A stretch of 64,000 bases of DNA from Mobula birostris (lineage: Eukaryota): assembly GCF_030028105.1 (NCBI RefSeq), contig NC_092377.1:77158569-77222568 (forward strand). Reading direction: 5' to 3'. The position numbers and the translations under genes were made by a program. Positions 26,122-38,230 of the stretch are shown in pieces (the stretch's first letter is position 1; the number at the start of each line of letters is the position of its first letter). The notes below the pieces were generated by a model. It was not told where the DNA came from, made no database searches, and worked only from the letters and a program-made list of their open reading frames with translations.

Positions 26122-27415
26122 ACATTATGATTAGGAATAGTCAGCATGGCTTTGTCAAGGGCAGGTCGTGCCTTACGAGCCTGTTTGAATTTTTTGAGGA
26201 TGTGACTAAACACATTGATGAAGGAAGAGTAGTAGATGTAGTGTATATGGATTTCAGCAAGGCATTTGATAACGTACTACATGCAAGGCTTATTAAGAAA
26301 GTAAGAAGGAATGGGATCGAAGGGGACATTGCTTTGTGGATCCAGAACTGGCTTGCCCACAGAAGGCAAAGAGTGGTTGTAGACAGGTCATATTCTGCAT
26401 GGAGGTCGGTGACCAGTGGTGTGCCTCAGGGATCTGTTCTGGGACCCTTACTCTTCATGATTTTTATAAATGACCTGGATGAGGAAGTGGAGGGATGGGT
26501 TAGTAAGGCTGCTGATGACACAAAGATTGGAGGTGTTGTGGATAGTGTGGAGGGCTGTCAGAGGTTACAACCGGACATTGATAGGATGCAAAGCTGGGCT
26601 GAGAAGTGGTAGGTGGAGTTCAATCCAGATAGGTGTGAAGTGGTTCATTTTGTTAGGTCAAATATGATGGCAGAATATAGTATTAATGGTAAGACTCTTG
26701 GCAGAGTGGAGGATCAGAGGGATCTTGGGGTCCGAGTCTATAGGACGCTCAAAGCAGCTGCGCAGGTTGACTGTGTGGTTCAGAAGGCATACGGTGCATT
26801 GGCATTCATTAATCGTGGAACTGAATTTAGGAGCCGAGAGGTAATGTTGCAGCTATTTAGGACCCTGGTCAGACCCCACTTGGAGTATTGTGCTCAGTTC
26901 TGGTCGCCTCACTACAGGAAGGATGTGGAAGCTATAGAAAGGGTGCAGAGGAGATTTACAAGGATGTTGCCTGGATTTGGGAGCATGCCTTATGGAAACA
27001 GGTTGAGTGAACTCAGCCTTTTCTCCTTGGAGCGACGGAGTATGAGAGGTGACCTGATAGAGGTGTATAAGATGATGAGAGGCATTGATCGTGTGGATAG
27101 TCAGAGGACTTTTCCCAGGGCTGAAATGGTTGCCACAAGAGGACACAGATTTAAGGTGCTGGGGAGTAGATACAGAGGAGATGTCAGGGGTAATTTTTTT
27201 ACTCAGAGAGTGGTGAGTGCGTGGAATGGGCTGCCGGCAACAGTGGTGGAGGTGGATACAATAGGGTCTTTTAAGAGACTTTTGGATAGGTACATGGAGT
27301 TTAGAAAAATAGAGGGCTATGGGTAAGTCTAGTAATTTCTAAGGTAGAGAAATGTTCGGTACAACTTTATGGGCCAAAGGGCCTGTATTGTGCTGTAGGT
27401 TTTCTTTGTTTCTAT
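26122..27415 (+). mobile_element. CR1 LINE, 5'-truncated (RT to 3' UTR), with an in-frame TAG at 26610
   Basis: It reads [50 protein letters not shown] and FFTQRVV..WN.L. Confidence 0.96.
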
Positions 27416-27851
27416 TAGAATCATCTATAAAAATCGGTTAAAATATTCAATATCCCAACCCAGGAGGTACCTAATAAAGTGGCCACTGAGTGTATATTCT
27501 CCACTCATTCCCATCACCTACACACTAGGGTCAATTTACAGTAACCGATTAATCTACCAGCATGCAACTTGTTGGAATGTGAGAGCAAAACTGGAGCACC
27601 CTGAAGAAACCTATGTGATTACAGCGAAAACATGCAAACAAACTCCACACAGTCAACACTGGAGGACAGGATCAAGCCTAAGATCTAATGACGGGTCTTC
27701 AATCTGAAATGATAGCTCCATTTCTGTTCCCACAGATGCAACTTTACCTGCTGGGTCTTTCTGTCAGTTTCTGTTTTTATCCTCGATTACAATACTCTTA
27801 CATATTTATAGGTCATATTCTCATAGCTAAATACTGTATGTAAGATTATAT

Positions 27852-28428
27852 ATTAGATTAGATTATGATTGTCATTTAGTAATGCATGCATTAAGAAATG
27901 CTACATTATTTTCTCCGGTGTGATATCACAAAACACAGGACAGACCAAGACTGAAAAAACTGACAAAACCACATAATTATAACATATAGTTACAACAGTG
28001 CACAATACCATAACTTGATGAAGAAGTCCATGAGCACAGTAAAGTTCAAAGTTTCTCAAATGTCCCACATCTCACGCAAACAGGAGAAGGAAGAAAAACT
28101 CTCCCTGCCATGCCAACCACAATCTGACTCTGAGTCATCCGAAAACTTAGAGCTCCGATCAGCTCTCCGACACCGAGTACTGAGCGCCATCTCTGTCCGA
28201 ACGATTTGACCTCCTTCTCGGTCGCCAGTAGCAGGCAAGGCTGGGGATTTTGAGGCCTACCCTCCGAAAGATTCCCAACCACACAGTAATGACAGCAGTG
28301 AACGGGCGTTTCAGAAATTTCTCCAGCTGTCCCTCTGTGCTTTCACGTCCATTCTCCATCAAATCAGAATTGTCCACGGCCCCTATTTAACAGATACGAT
28401 ATCATTTCCTCCATCTTCTCCTCCCGCC
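27852..28428 (-). mobile_element. Non-coding non-autonomous LINE-derived element (~580 bp)
   Basis: The minus 5' end is 'ggcgggaggagaagatgg' and the 3' tail is (AATCT)n. The body retains CpGs. Confidence 0.5.
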
Positions 28429-28525
28429 GTTTAATCCTTCAGCTTTTCAATAATAACCCTATCAAACAATGAGTTAATGATGTTTTATATTGTAATTGAT
28501 TTTTTGTTGGGTCACCCATCTACAC

Positions 28526-29341
28526 CAGCAGTCTCCAACCACCGGGCCGCGAACCCGTACCGGGCCGCAAAGCACATGCTACCGGGCCGTGAGGAAACGA
28601 TATGAGTCAGCTGCACCTTTCCTCATTCCCTGTCATGCACTGTTGAACTTGAACATAGGGTTGCCAACTGTCCCATATTTGCCAGGACATCCCGTATATT
28701 GGGCTAAATTGGTTTGTCCCATATGGGACCGCCCTTGTCCCGTATTTCCCCCGCTAAGGTATAGTGTTCCTATGAAAACTTTCGTGCAGAAATGGCGTAA
28801 AGCAAAGAAGCAATTACCATTAATTTATATGGGAAAAATCTTTGAGCATTCCCAGACCCAAAACATAACCTACCAAATCATACCAAATAACACATAAAAC
28901 TGAAAATAAATAACACTAACATATAGTAAAAGCAGGAATGATATGATAAATACACAGCCGATATAAAGTAGAAATAATATATGTACAGTATAGCCGGGAA
29001 GATGAAGGCAAAACTGATTTGTGGGGGGAAAATATCAGCACGTACGTGCATGCGTACATCATATGCGCACGTCACGCATGCGCACACAGGTGCCTGCGCA
29101 AGGCTTCATGGTCATGGTAGTCTTTCCTGGGGTAAAGTGTCCTGGGATTTGACTGCTACTTTTGTCCCTTATTTGGGAGTGAGAAAGTTGGCAACCCTAA
29201 CTGTAAAAGACATGCTGAGGTGAGTTTAACCCTACTTGAACACCAACGCGCCCCACCCCCCCCCGCCCCCGGTCTGCCGGTCCGCAAGAATATTGTCAAT
29301 ATTAAACTGGTCCACGGTGCCAAAAAGGTTGGGGACCCCTA
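28526..29341. mobile_element. hAT/Charlie-type MITE (a partial end copy also lies at ~56195-56250)
   Basis: TIRs are CAGCAGTCTCCAACC and GGTTGGGGACCCCTA. Flanks ATCTACAC and CCCTACAC match at 6 of 8 positions as a TSD. Subterminal CCGGGCCG repeats are present. Confidence 0.85.
28656..29234. mobile_element. hAT MITE with TAGGGTTGCCAACT ends, nested in the Charlie MITE
   Basis: A perfect 14-bp TIR lies at 28656-28669 and 29186-29199. An 8-bp TSD CTTGAACA lies at 28648-28655 and 29235-29242. Confidence 0.85.
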
Positions 29342-30224
29342 CCCTACACAATATGGGTATCCTTTCTCCAATTTTAATTCAACTTTTCCCCAATCACTGA
29401 TTTTCCAAGGTCCTTCTTACATTTTGTCTTATACTCCGGATAATTACGCTCTCTTATTCTGACAGTTCAATGTTTTTCCTGTCGAACTGCATGCATTTTG
29501 TTTACTCCCTCATGCCGAACTTCCTTCAAGTGTATCCTCCTCACTCTTTCTTCAGTCTCTCTGTGAGCCTTGCCCACACATTCCTTTATGGCCTTAAGGC
29601 TTAGATCACACTTCCAGAGGAAATTAACATATTGATCTAGCAGTTATCAAGAGAAAGATTCTTAAAGAATCATCAGCAAAGTAAATCCATTAAACAATGG
29701 AAATTTCTTCTGAAAATTAGATTTGAAAAGATCCACTGAAGATTTACAACGTGGGCTAAGTGCATGCAACATGACCCAAATTCATCCAACCTGAAAGGAA
29801 CTGAGTAAGATGTTGTCTGCTTCATGCTGACAATAAAAGAAGTGGTTTTAACCACCACTCCAAAGCTCTGTTTTATCTTCAGTAGTACTCTTAATCTAAG
29901 AACCACTTTAGAAAAAGCTTTTTAATGACACTGGGGCTCAGATAACAATTTTGTCCAAAGAGGAAAATTGCCATCTGATAGCTGAGTGAGCACAAGGTGA
30001 AATTTGAAAAGCAATGGTCATGGTGCATTAGGCCAGAAATGGCAGATTATGCAATTAAGCTAAAAGATAATAGTCTCATACAGCCAGATCAGGCTGCCAT
30101 CATTAATGAAATAGTTTTGCCATCCTTTCTGCTAAGTCTTTCTCAAAACTGGAACAGAACTGGAACACTATCAACAGAAATAACCATAATATTATTTATA
30201 TTGTGACGTTAAATTTGTAGAATG

Positions 30225-30720
30225 TCCCAAAACGCTCACCATTGAAATTCTCATGCAAAACTTGACATCGGGTCAAGTTTGCCATGCAAAAGGATACTGG
30301 GATCAGTGACCAACTGATAGGTCAGACAATAGGGATCAAAGTGTGACTCTCAGGAGGCAAATAGGGGGAGATGTTTGAGGAGGGAACTCCATTCCTCGGA
30401 GTCTTGGCAACAGAAAGCTAACATCTTAGTATAATGGGGTCTTGCTCTTCCTCATATCCATTTGGAAGAGATTGCAGCTTGTCCAAGACCGGATCTTAGG
30501 GAAACTGTCCTTCAGAAAAGAGACCCTGGTGGAGCAGTACATGGGTGAGATTGATGTGGTTGAGGGCCAGTATTTAGAAAACAAGAGAAGATCATTATGT
30601 TTGCTGGAGTAGTTCCTGAAATTACAATGCAAGGAAGGGAGATGATTTGTGGAAGTGCTCAGGTGTCAATAGGATAGCACAGAATAGAAACACAACTGGA
30701 CAATAGATAGGGTCTGTTGG
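30225..30720 (-). mobile_element. Old L2-type LINE 3' remnant
   Basis: 'tgtcccaaaacgct...gagggaactcca...ggcaacagaaagc' resembles a reversed L2 3' end. Confidence 0.4.
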
Positions 30721-30997
30721 GGTAATTGTTTTATTTGTTTTTTTCTTAGAAATACAGCACGGTAACTGATACTTCCATCTCAATGAGCTTGCACTGCCCA
30801 ATTACTCCATGGTGGCTAATTAACCTACTAACCTGTAAGCCTTTGGAATGTGGGAGGAAACAGGCGCATGATGAGGAAACCCACACAGTTACAGGGAGAA
30901 CATGTAACCTCCTTACAGACAGTAGCAGGAATCAAACCCAGGTTTCTCGTGCTGTTCAAACATTATGCTAACCACTCCACGACTGTTAGAGGAGTTT

Positions 30998-31525
30998 CAA
31001 AAACATGAGAAAATCTGCAGATGCTGGAAATCCAGAGCAACACACACAAAATGCTGGAGAAACTCAGCAAACCAGGCAGCATCTATGGAAAAGAGTAAAC
31101 CGTCCATGTTTTGGGCCGAGAGCCTTCATCAGGATTGGAAAAAGAGATGAGGTCAGAGAAAGAAGGTGGGGGGGAAGAAGTACAAGATGGTGTGTGATAG
31201 GTGAAACTGGAAGGGGGGAAGGGTGAAGTAAAGAGCTAGAAAGTAGATTGGTGAAAGAGATAAAGGGCTGGAGATGCGGAATCTGATAGGATTGGATAAA
31301 AGACTATGGAAGAAAGGGAAGGGGAAGGAGCACGAGAGGGTAAGGAGATAAGGTGAAGGGGGAAACGGGAATGGGAAATGGAGTAGGGGGGAGATGACAA
31401 TTACTGGAAGTTAGAGAAATCAAAGTTCACGCCATCATGACATCTTGGCCCGAAACATCTACTATTTACTCTTTTCCATAGATTCTGCCTTGCCTTCTGA
31501 GTTCCTCCAGCATTTTGTGTGTGTC
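30998..31525 (-). mobile_element. Penelope-like element 3' fragment with an inverted 5' segment
   Basis: The minus strand at ~31400-31437 reads DGVNFDFSNFQ*, the C-terminus of the vertebrate Penelope GIY-YIG ORF. A pyrimidine-rich UTR and pLTR follow, with an inverted partial pLTR at 31440-31525. A 10-bp TSD AGAGGAGTTT lies at 30988-30997 and 31526-31535. Confidence 0.85.
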
Positions 31526-32602
31526 AGAGGAGTTTGTTAATACTCCTCTGTTCCAACTATGGAAATTCTTGCTATATTAAAGATACAATGTAAAATGTAA
31601 GTTGTGGATGTTGCCATTCTGAAATCATATTGTAGAGTCTTTTGAAGGAAAAGGAGGAGAAATAATCCACCTTGGTGACAGTTGCAGTGAATTTCAATCA
31701 AAACATTAAGTAGGAGGATTTCAGCGTGATGCTGGGATTCCAACAGAGACTGATTGGTGTGGATTTGGGACCTTACAGTCTGAAGCCCTCACCCGACCAA
31801 TTTAGCTATTACTTTGTACCAAGTTGGGATTTCTATCCAAATGTCATAAACAGTACGAAGGCCAATTCTCTCAGAAAGCGGAAATCATGGAACTCCTGAT
31901 CCTGCTCACTGCCCAATCTGAGCACATTCCCACTTGTAGTGCAGGATGCTTCCCTAACAGATGAAAATTGACTGCTTAAGCAAAGTAGTCAGGGATGGAC
32001 TGGTACTGTAACAGGGGCATGTTTAACAACAGGGGAGATGACAAGGGAATATTGGAAAAGAGAAAATCACTCTATTAATAAAATGCAAAAGCATTTCCGA
32101 CTAAACATGTATTATTAATTATTACTATTATAGGAAAAAGCTGCCAAAGATGACCTTCCAGTAATGTGAGAGGCCAAGAACCGTATTAGAAGGTCACCAC
32201 AGCAGTGAAAGCATGAATCCCAACGTTAGCACAAAAGCTTCAATTCAACAGTTTGCAAGCTGCAGCTACAGTAACAAACATTAAATCAGAAAATAATTGC
32301 ATCTGGGATTGTTTACTCTCTTCTTTCAGGCATATCTTAATGCATTTGTTAGGAAATTTAAATCACTGTATTTCATCTGATCTAAAGGATAAAAGCTGAA
32401 ACCTTTGTACTGATTCTAATTGTACTATTCCTCTCCTGAAATGGTTTAGTTTCCTGATTGCATAAAACAGCAAAGTGGATTAATCTTTTGGAAGATCAAT
32501 CACATTCTTTTGAAAAAAAAAGTAGTTCTTTCCTTTGAGTTTCTTTCTGTGCTGTCCAGAAGAATTTCTCTCAAGGACGTGGCATCACCTCTGGATGATC
32601 TA

Positions 32603-33215
32603 CAATATTGTGCAGAAGTTTTCAGCACATATATATAGCTAGGGTGCCTAAGACCTTGCACAGTACTGTAGTAATTTTATGTATTGCACTGTACTGCTGC
32701 CGCAAAACAAAAATTTTTTTATGACCTATGCGAGTGATGATGCACTTGATTTTGATATGGGTCTCTATTGTGGACTGATGGGCCACACTACAAAAACAAA
32801 TTTCAGGACATATGTGAGTGATGTTAGACCTGATTCTGATATGGGTCCTTATGGTGGGAAGGGGACAGGGAGAGGGGAACCATGGCTGGGAAAGGAAAAA
32901 GGAGCAGGAAGCATCAGAGGGACATTCTGTAATGACCAATAAACCAATTGTTTGGAATCAAGTGACCTTGCTTGGTCTCTCAGGGCTAAGTATGTCTGCA
33001 CCTGCACAACTACCACCCTCCCCTGCCCTTGGCACTCCTTCTCCGTCATCTGTCCCACACCCATCCAGCGGTGCTCCATCCTCGCTATTCCCAACATCTT
33101 TTGCTCCCGCTAGATTTAAAAACTTGCTCGCCACTCCACGATGACAAACAGTACTGTGCAAAAGTGTTAGGCACATATATATATTTAGGGTCCCTAAGAC
33201 ATTTGCACTGTGCTA
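32603..33215. mobile_element. Tc1/mariner-type composite MITE: two ~66-bp mini-elements flanking ~480 bp of cargo
   Basis: Each end unit is CAGTACTGTGCAAAAGT.TTAGGCAC-(AT)n-GTGCCTAAGAC.TTGCACAGTACTG-like. The outer flanks are TA. Confidence 0.75.
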
Positions 33216-33689
33216 TATATTCTTGCCACTAGTTCTTTGTCCTGATCGCCAATCTTTCTATTGAAGCATAGTTCCAAAGTCATCTGTGTTCTCTGCTTTC
33301 CCTGTCTTTACAAATGTTACTTTCTCTACATCTTCACTCTCTCCCTCTTCACTCATCTCTTGACTGTTTTATCACTCCATTATCAGTGGTTCTGCTTTTA
33401 GCTGTCAAAGCTAAAACCCATGGATTTACCTTTCTGAATCTCAGCCTTTCTGCATCACTTTCCTCTTTAAGGCATTGATTAAAATCCACCTCTTTGACAA
33501 AGTTTGGTGATCTTCAGTTGCATCATCATTACGTGACTAGGCCTCAAACATTTCTCAATAACTCCCTACGTTCAAGGCATTACCGGATTTCAGTTGTCAC
33601 TTTCAATGTAAAATCAATGTCATGATGTGATTTGATGCTGGAAACGGTTGCTACTCTGTAAGAAGTTAAACTTGAGAAGTTTTCCCCTT

Positions 33690-33920
33690 TTTATTCATAC
33701 ACAGAGTTGGTCCCTAATTGCCTTCTTAAATTGTTGCAGTCCTTACAGTTAAGGTCTATAGTGCTGTTTCCTGGACAATTCCGGTGGTATGACCTGCTGA
33801 CAATATGATTCCACATCACACCACTTGAAAGCTTGCTGATACCCCTAATATGGGAAAAAGATACAGACCACATATGCTTCATAATTTTATATTCCTTTAT
33901 CAGGTTATCCCTCAGAGGTT
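33690..33920 (-). mobile_element. LINE 3' end remnant, same family as 9755-9945
   Basis: It reads 'tttttattcat...ccctaattgccttct...ggtgg...ctgctg' on the reversed tail. Confidence 0.5.
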
Positions 33921-34150
33921 AGTGAAACAGCCTGCTGTAAGATTAAGGTTCAATTCCTGCTGCTATCTGTATAGAGCTTTTGCTTTCTCTTTGTGACCAC
34001 ATAGGTGTCCTCTGGGTGCTCTGGTTGCCTCCCACATTGTAAAGTTAGTGTTACGGATGTGCGTGTGCTATGTTGGTACTGGAAGTGTGACTGCCCAGGA
34101 CACCCTCACTGTTGACACAAGCAACCCATTTTATGATACGTTTTGATGTA

Positions 34151-34706
34151 CACTCAGGGGCCACCTCCTGTACCTAAGAAAATGCCCACAGAGCTTATAC
34201 TTGTGGTTTTTTAGCTGCTGTAACCCATCCACTTCAATGTTTGGCATTTTGTGCACTCAGAGATGCTCTTCTGCAAGACCACTGTTATAACGTGTGGTTA
34301 GTTGAGTAACTGTCACCTTCCTCTCAGCTTGAACTAATCTGGCCATTCTCCTCTGACCTCTCATTGGCAAGGCATTTTCACCCACAGAACTGCCACTTAC
34401 TGGATTCTTTATTTGTTTTTTCGCAACGTTCGCTGTAAACTCTAGAAACTGTTTTGCATGAAAGCCTCAGGAGATCAGTAATTTCTGAGATACTGTAACC
34501 ACCCCATCTGACAAGAACGATCATTCCACAGTCAAAGTCACTTAGATCACATTTCATCCCCATTCCGAAGTTTGGTGTAAACAAAAACAGAACCTCTTGA
34601 CCATGTCTGCATGCTTTTAGGCATGAGTTGCTGCCACATGATCGGTTGATTAGATATTTGCATTAAAAGCTGGAGTACAGGTGTACCTAATAAAATGGGC
34701 AGGGTG
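34151..34706 (-). mobile_element. Tc1-family non-autonomous transposon with a transposase N-terminal remnant (a solo end also lies at ~27462-27492)
   Basis: ORF 34378-34584 MGMKCDLSDFDCGMIV..R..G.SISE..DLL..S..TVSRVY.E...SS..QFCG is the Tc1 paired-like DNA-binding N-terminus. TIRs are related to CACTCAGTGGCCACTTTATTAGGTAC and the flanks are TA. Confidence 0.88.
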
Positions 34707-35889
34707 TATATAAGTGACAAATAAAGCAATTCTCTTTTATTTACCATATTTAAATCCAGTGAAAACAAAACCAGCCTATTTAATATTGCCCCATAACTAA
34801 AGTCCTCCAATCCAGGCACTAAAGTACAGTGTATTATAAAAATGAATTAATTTCCTGAGACAACTTAGCATTAATGAGCCTCTTCCATTTCACTCTTGAA
34901 CAGTATTATGATAAATGTAGGTACTTGCATTCACTTACTCGACTTCTAATCAGTTCCAGAAATCCATTAGTTCTGAATGATTAAAAAATGAAACCAGCTG
35001 TCATGTTAATTTGAGTAATCTTATTTTTTCTCTATTGCTTTAATGGAAATTTAATAAATGGAAGTGTGCCTTTCATTTATTCTCATTGTAGGTAAACCTA
35101 ATTACGAAAGACATTTTGCTGTAAATTATGTTAGTTTGAAAACAATGGCTCATGTGCCATTGTCAGATACACCCCAGTTAATGACTTGGATAATATTAAT
35201 TTCCATTCAGTTTTCAGGTATTATTTTTGGGATCAAGCCTGGTAATTACAGCTCTGCATCCCCACCATTTATAACTGCTGAAAATCTCAACCTCCTTCCA
35301 CAGAACCTGCCATTCACATTGCTTTTGTTTTGGGAAACTCAAGTTTTAGAAGACAGTCATCTTTCAGAGGAATTGTAATAGCATAAATGTACAATTTTTC
35401 AAAAGAAAACTCCTATCAGCAATTATTGCTTGTCTGGAGCCCAATTAGGAGCATTCTGATAAGATCTCATTATTTTTCTAGCCATTAAAGTCAAATATTT
35501 GATGTCATTTGTTCAAGGTGTCAAGTATTTATGGTTGTCTTAAGTATTGAAGGGTGAGCATCAAAGCCAATACCATAACAATGTAAGTGATACCATTTCT
35601 TCTTCGTCTTGTTTTACGGCAGTTGGCACCCAAATGTAAAAGGTTAGAAAGCATTATTTGATGTAAAACTGAATAATTACACTTTCAGCATTTACATTAG
35701 GTCTATATATGTGAACTGGACTGTCCTTTTTCTGGACTTGCATGTTCAGTTCTTTACATAAGCTGTAAATTATAATGTAGTTTCATTATCCAATGACAGT
35801 TCAAAGCTAGATTCACATGAATACTTTTACGTGCAGATTCTCCTCCAAGTCACACGCATTTATAATTAGATCAGTCTTCTATCATCATC

Positions 35890-36200
35890 ATCACTGGATC
35901 TCAATCCTGAAACATTCCACCCAATTCGGGATCATGTCACCCTGGCCACTAGGGGAACGGACAGACGGGACCATGTTTATACAAACAGATGTGGTCCTTA
36001 TAAAGCCATCCCATACTCTTATCTTGGCTTCTGTGACCAGTTTGCATAATGTTAATCCCATCATACCGACCACTGCTGAAAATGTAGAAACCAGTTTAGA
36101 GGACCATCACTGTATGGCCTAATGAGGCAATCTCTGTGCTCCGGGAATGTCTTGAATGGACTAACTGACAGATATTCAAGCAGGCCACCTCAGACAGAGA
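35890..36200 (+). mobile_element. Old Rex1/Babar-type ORF2 endonuclease C-terminal remnant
   Basis: It reads TRG...DHVYTN...YKAIP...LG..D and LRECLE.TN*.IFK, against the family pattern TRG.N.LDH.YTN..AYKA.P...LG.SDH ... LQDCF..TDW..F. Confidence 0.6.
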
Positions 36201-36229
36201 ATACAACTCATCTGTCATCAGCTACATCA

Positions 36230-36410
36230 CTAAGTGTGTAGACAACGTTGGTACTTTCAAGGAATTATGGATTTGTATTCCCAGATTCCTGTTGCGCTGC
36301 ACTCCACTCCTCAGTGCCCGAGCACTCACCATGTAAGCCCTGCCCTGCTTTACCCTCCCAAAGTGCAACACCTCACACTTGTCTGTATTAAATTCCATCT
36401 GCCAAGGAGG
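36230..36410 (-). mobile_element. CR1 RT C-terminal scrap
   Basis: It reads WQMEFNTDKCEVLHFGR...RNLGIQIHNSLKV. Confidence 0.8.
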
Positions 36411-36534
36411 TAAAATCATCTTCTCTCTCTCAAAGCTAATTGGAATAGGTAATAAAGTGCTACCTTTGCCCACTTTCTGAACTATGTGATAAATAAAATA
36501 GTCTTGCACGTTAACACTGTATTTCCTAGATGAG

Positions 36535-38230
36535 TAACAAGGAGAAGGATATTGAATTGTGTAAAGTAAAGGAAACAAGTAGGATAGTTATGGAAAATAT
36601 GACAATTAAAGAAGAGGAAGTACTGGCACTTTTAAGGAATATAAAAGTGGGTAAGTCTCTGGGTCTGGACAAGATATTCCCTAGGACTTTGAGGGAAGTT
36701 AGTGTGGAAATAGCAGGGGCTCTGACAGAAATATTTCAAATGTCATTAGAAATGGGAAAGGTGCCGGAGGATTGGCGTATTGCTCATGTGGTTCTATTGT
36801 TTAAAAAGGGTTCTAAGAGTAAACCTGGCAATTATCGGCCTGTGAGTTTGGCGTCAGTGGTGGGTAAATTATGGGAAGTATTCTTAGAGAAGGTATATAT
36901 AATTTTCCGGATAGGCAGGATCTGATTAGGAACAGTCAACATGGAGTTGTGCGTGGAAGGTCATGTTTGACAAATCTTATTGAATTTTTTGATGAGGTTA
37001 CTCGGAAAGTTGACGAGGGTAAAACGGTGGATGTTGTCTATATGGACTTCAGTAAGGCCTTTGACAGAGTTCCACACGGAAGGTTAGTTAGGAAGGTTCA
37101 ATCATTAGGCATTAATATGGAAGTAGTAAAATGGATTCAGCAGCGGCTGGATGGGAGATGAGAGAGAGTAGTGGTGGTAACTGTGTGCCAGATTGGAGGA
37201 CAGTGTGTGGCGGTGTGCCTCAGGGATCTGTACTGGGTCCAATGTTGTTTGTAATATATATTAATGATCTGAATGATGGGGTGGTAAATTGGATTAGTAA
37301 GTATGCAGATGATACTAAGATAGGTGGTGTTGTAGATGATGAGGTAGGTTTTCAAAACTTACAGAGAGATTTAGGACAGTTAGAACAGTGGGCTGAAAGA
37401 TGGCAGATGGAGTTTAATGCAGAAAAATGTGAGGTGCTACATTTTGGTAGAACTAATCAAAATAGGACATACATGGTAAATGGTAGGGCATTAAAGAATG
37501 CTTTAGAACAGAGGGATCTAGGAATAATGGTGCATAGTTCCCTGAAGATGGAATCTCATGTGGATAGGGTGGTGAAGAAAGCTTTTGGTATGCTGGCCTT
37601 TATAAATCAGAGCATTGAGTATAGTAGTTGGGATGTAATGTTGAATTTGTATAAGGCATTGGTAAGGCCAAATCTGGAGTATTGTGTGCAGTTCTGGTCA
37701 CTGAATTGTAGGAAAGATGTGAATAAAATTGAGAGAGTACAGAGGAGATTTCCTAAAATGTTGCCTGGGTTTCATCTCCTAAGTTACAGAGAAAGGTTGA
37801 ACAAGTTAGGTCTTTATTCTTTGGATTGTAGAAGGTTGAGGAGGGACTTGATAGAGGTGTTTAAAATTATGAGGGGGATTGATAGAGTTGACAGGGTTAG
37901 ACTTCTTCCATTGAGAGTGGGGAAGATTCAAACAAGAGGACATGGGTTGAGAATTAGAGGACAAAGGTTTAGGGGTAACATGAGGGGGAACTTCTTTACT
38001 CAAAGAGTGGTAGCTGTGTGGAATGAGCTTCCAGCAGAAGTGGTTGAGGCAGGTTCTATGTTGTTGTTTAAAGTTAAATTGAATAGATATATGGACAGGA
38101 AAGGAATGGAGGGTTATGGGCTGAGTGCAGGTCGGTGGGACTAGGATAGGGTAAGAGTTTGGCACGGACTAGAAGGGCCGAGATGGCCTGTTTCCGTGCT
38201 GTAATTGTTGTACGGTTATATGGTTATATA
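36535..38230 (+). mobile_element. CR1 LINE, 5'-truncated ORF2 in three frameshifted pieces
   Basis: It reads VPEDWRIA.V..LFKKG...[40 protein letters not shown] and YADDTK. The tail is 'ggttatatggttatat'. Confidence 0.96.

Noticed and set aside
30426-30615. Good minus-strand acceptor followed by an open frame (NYSSKHNDLL...)
   Set aside because: It is contiguous with a reversed L2-like 3' remnant, has no donor, and the peptide is unrecognisable.
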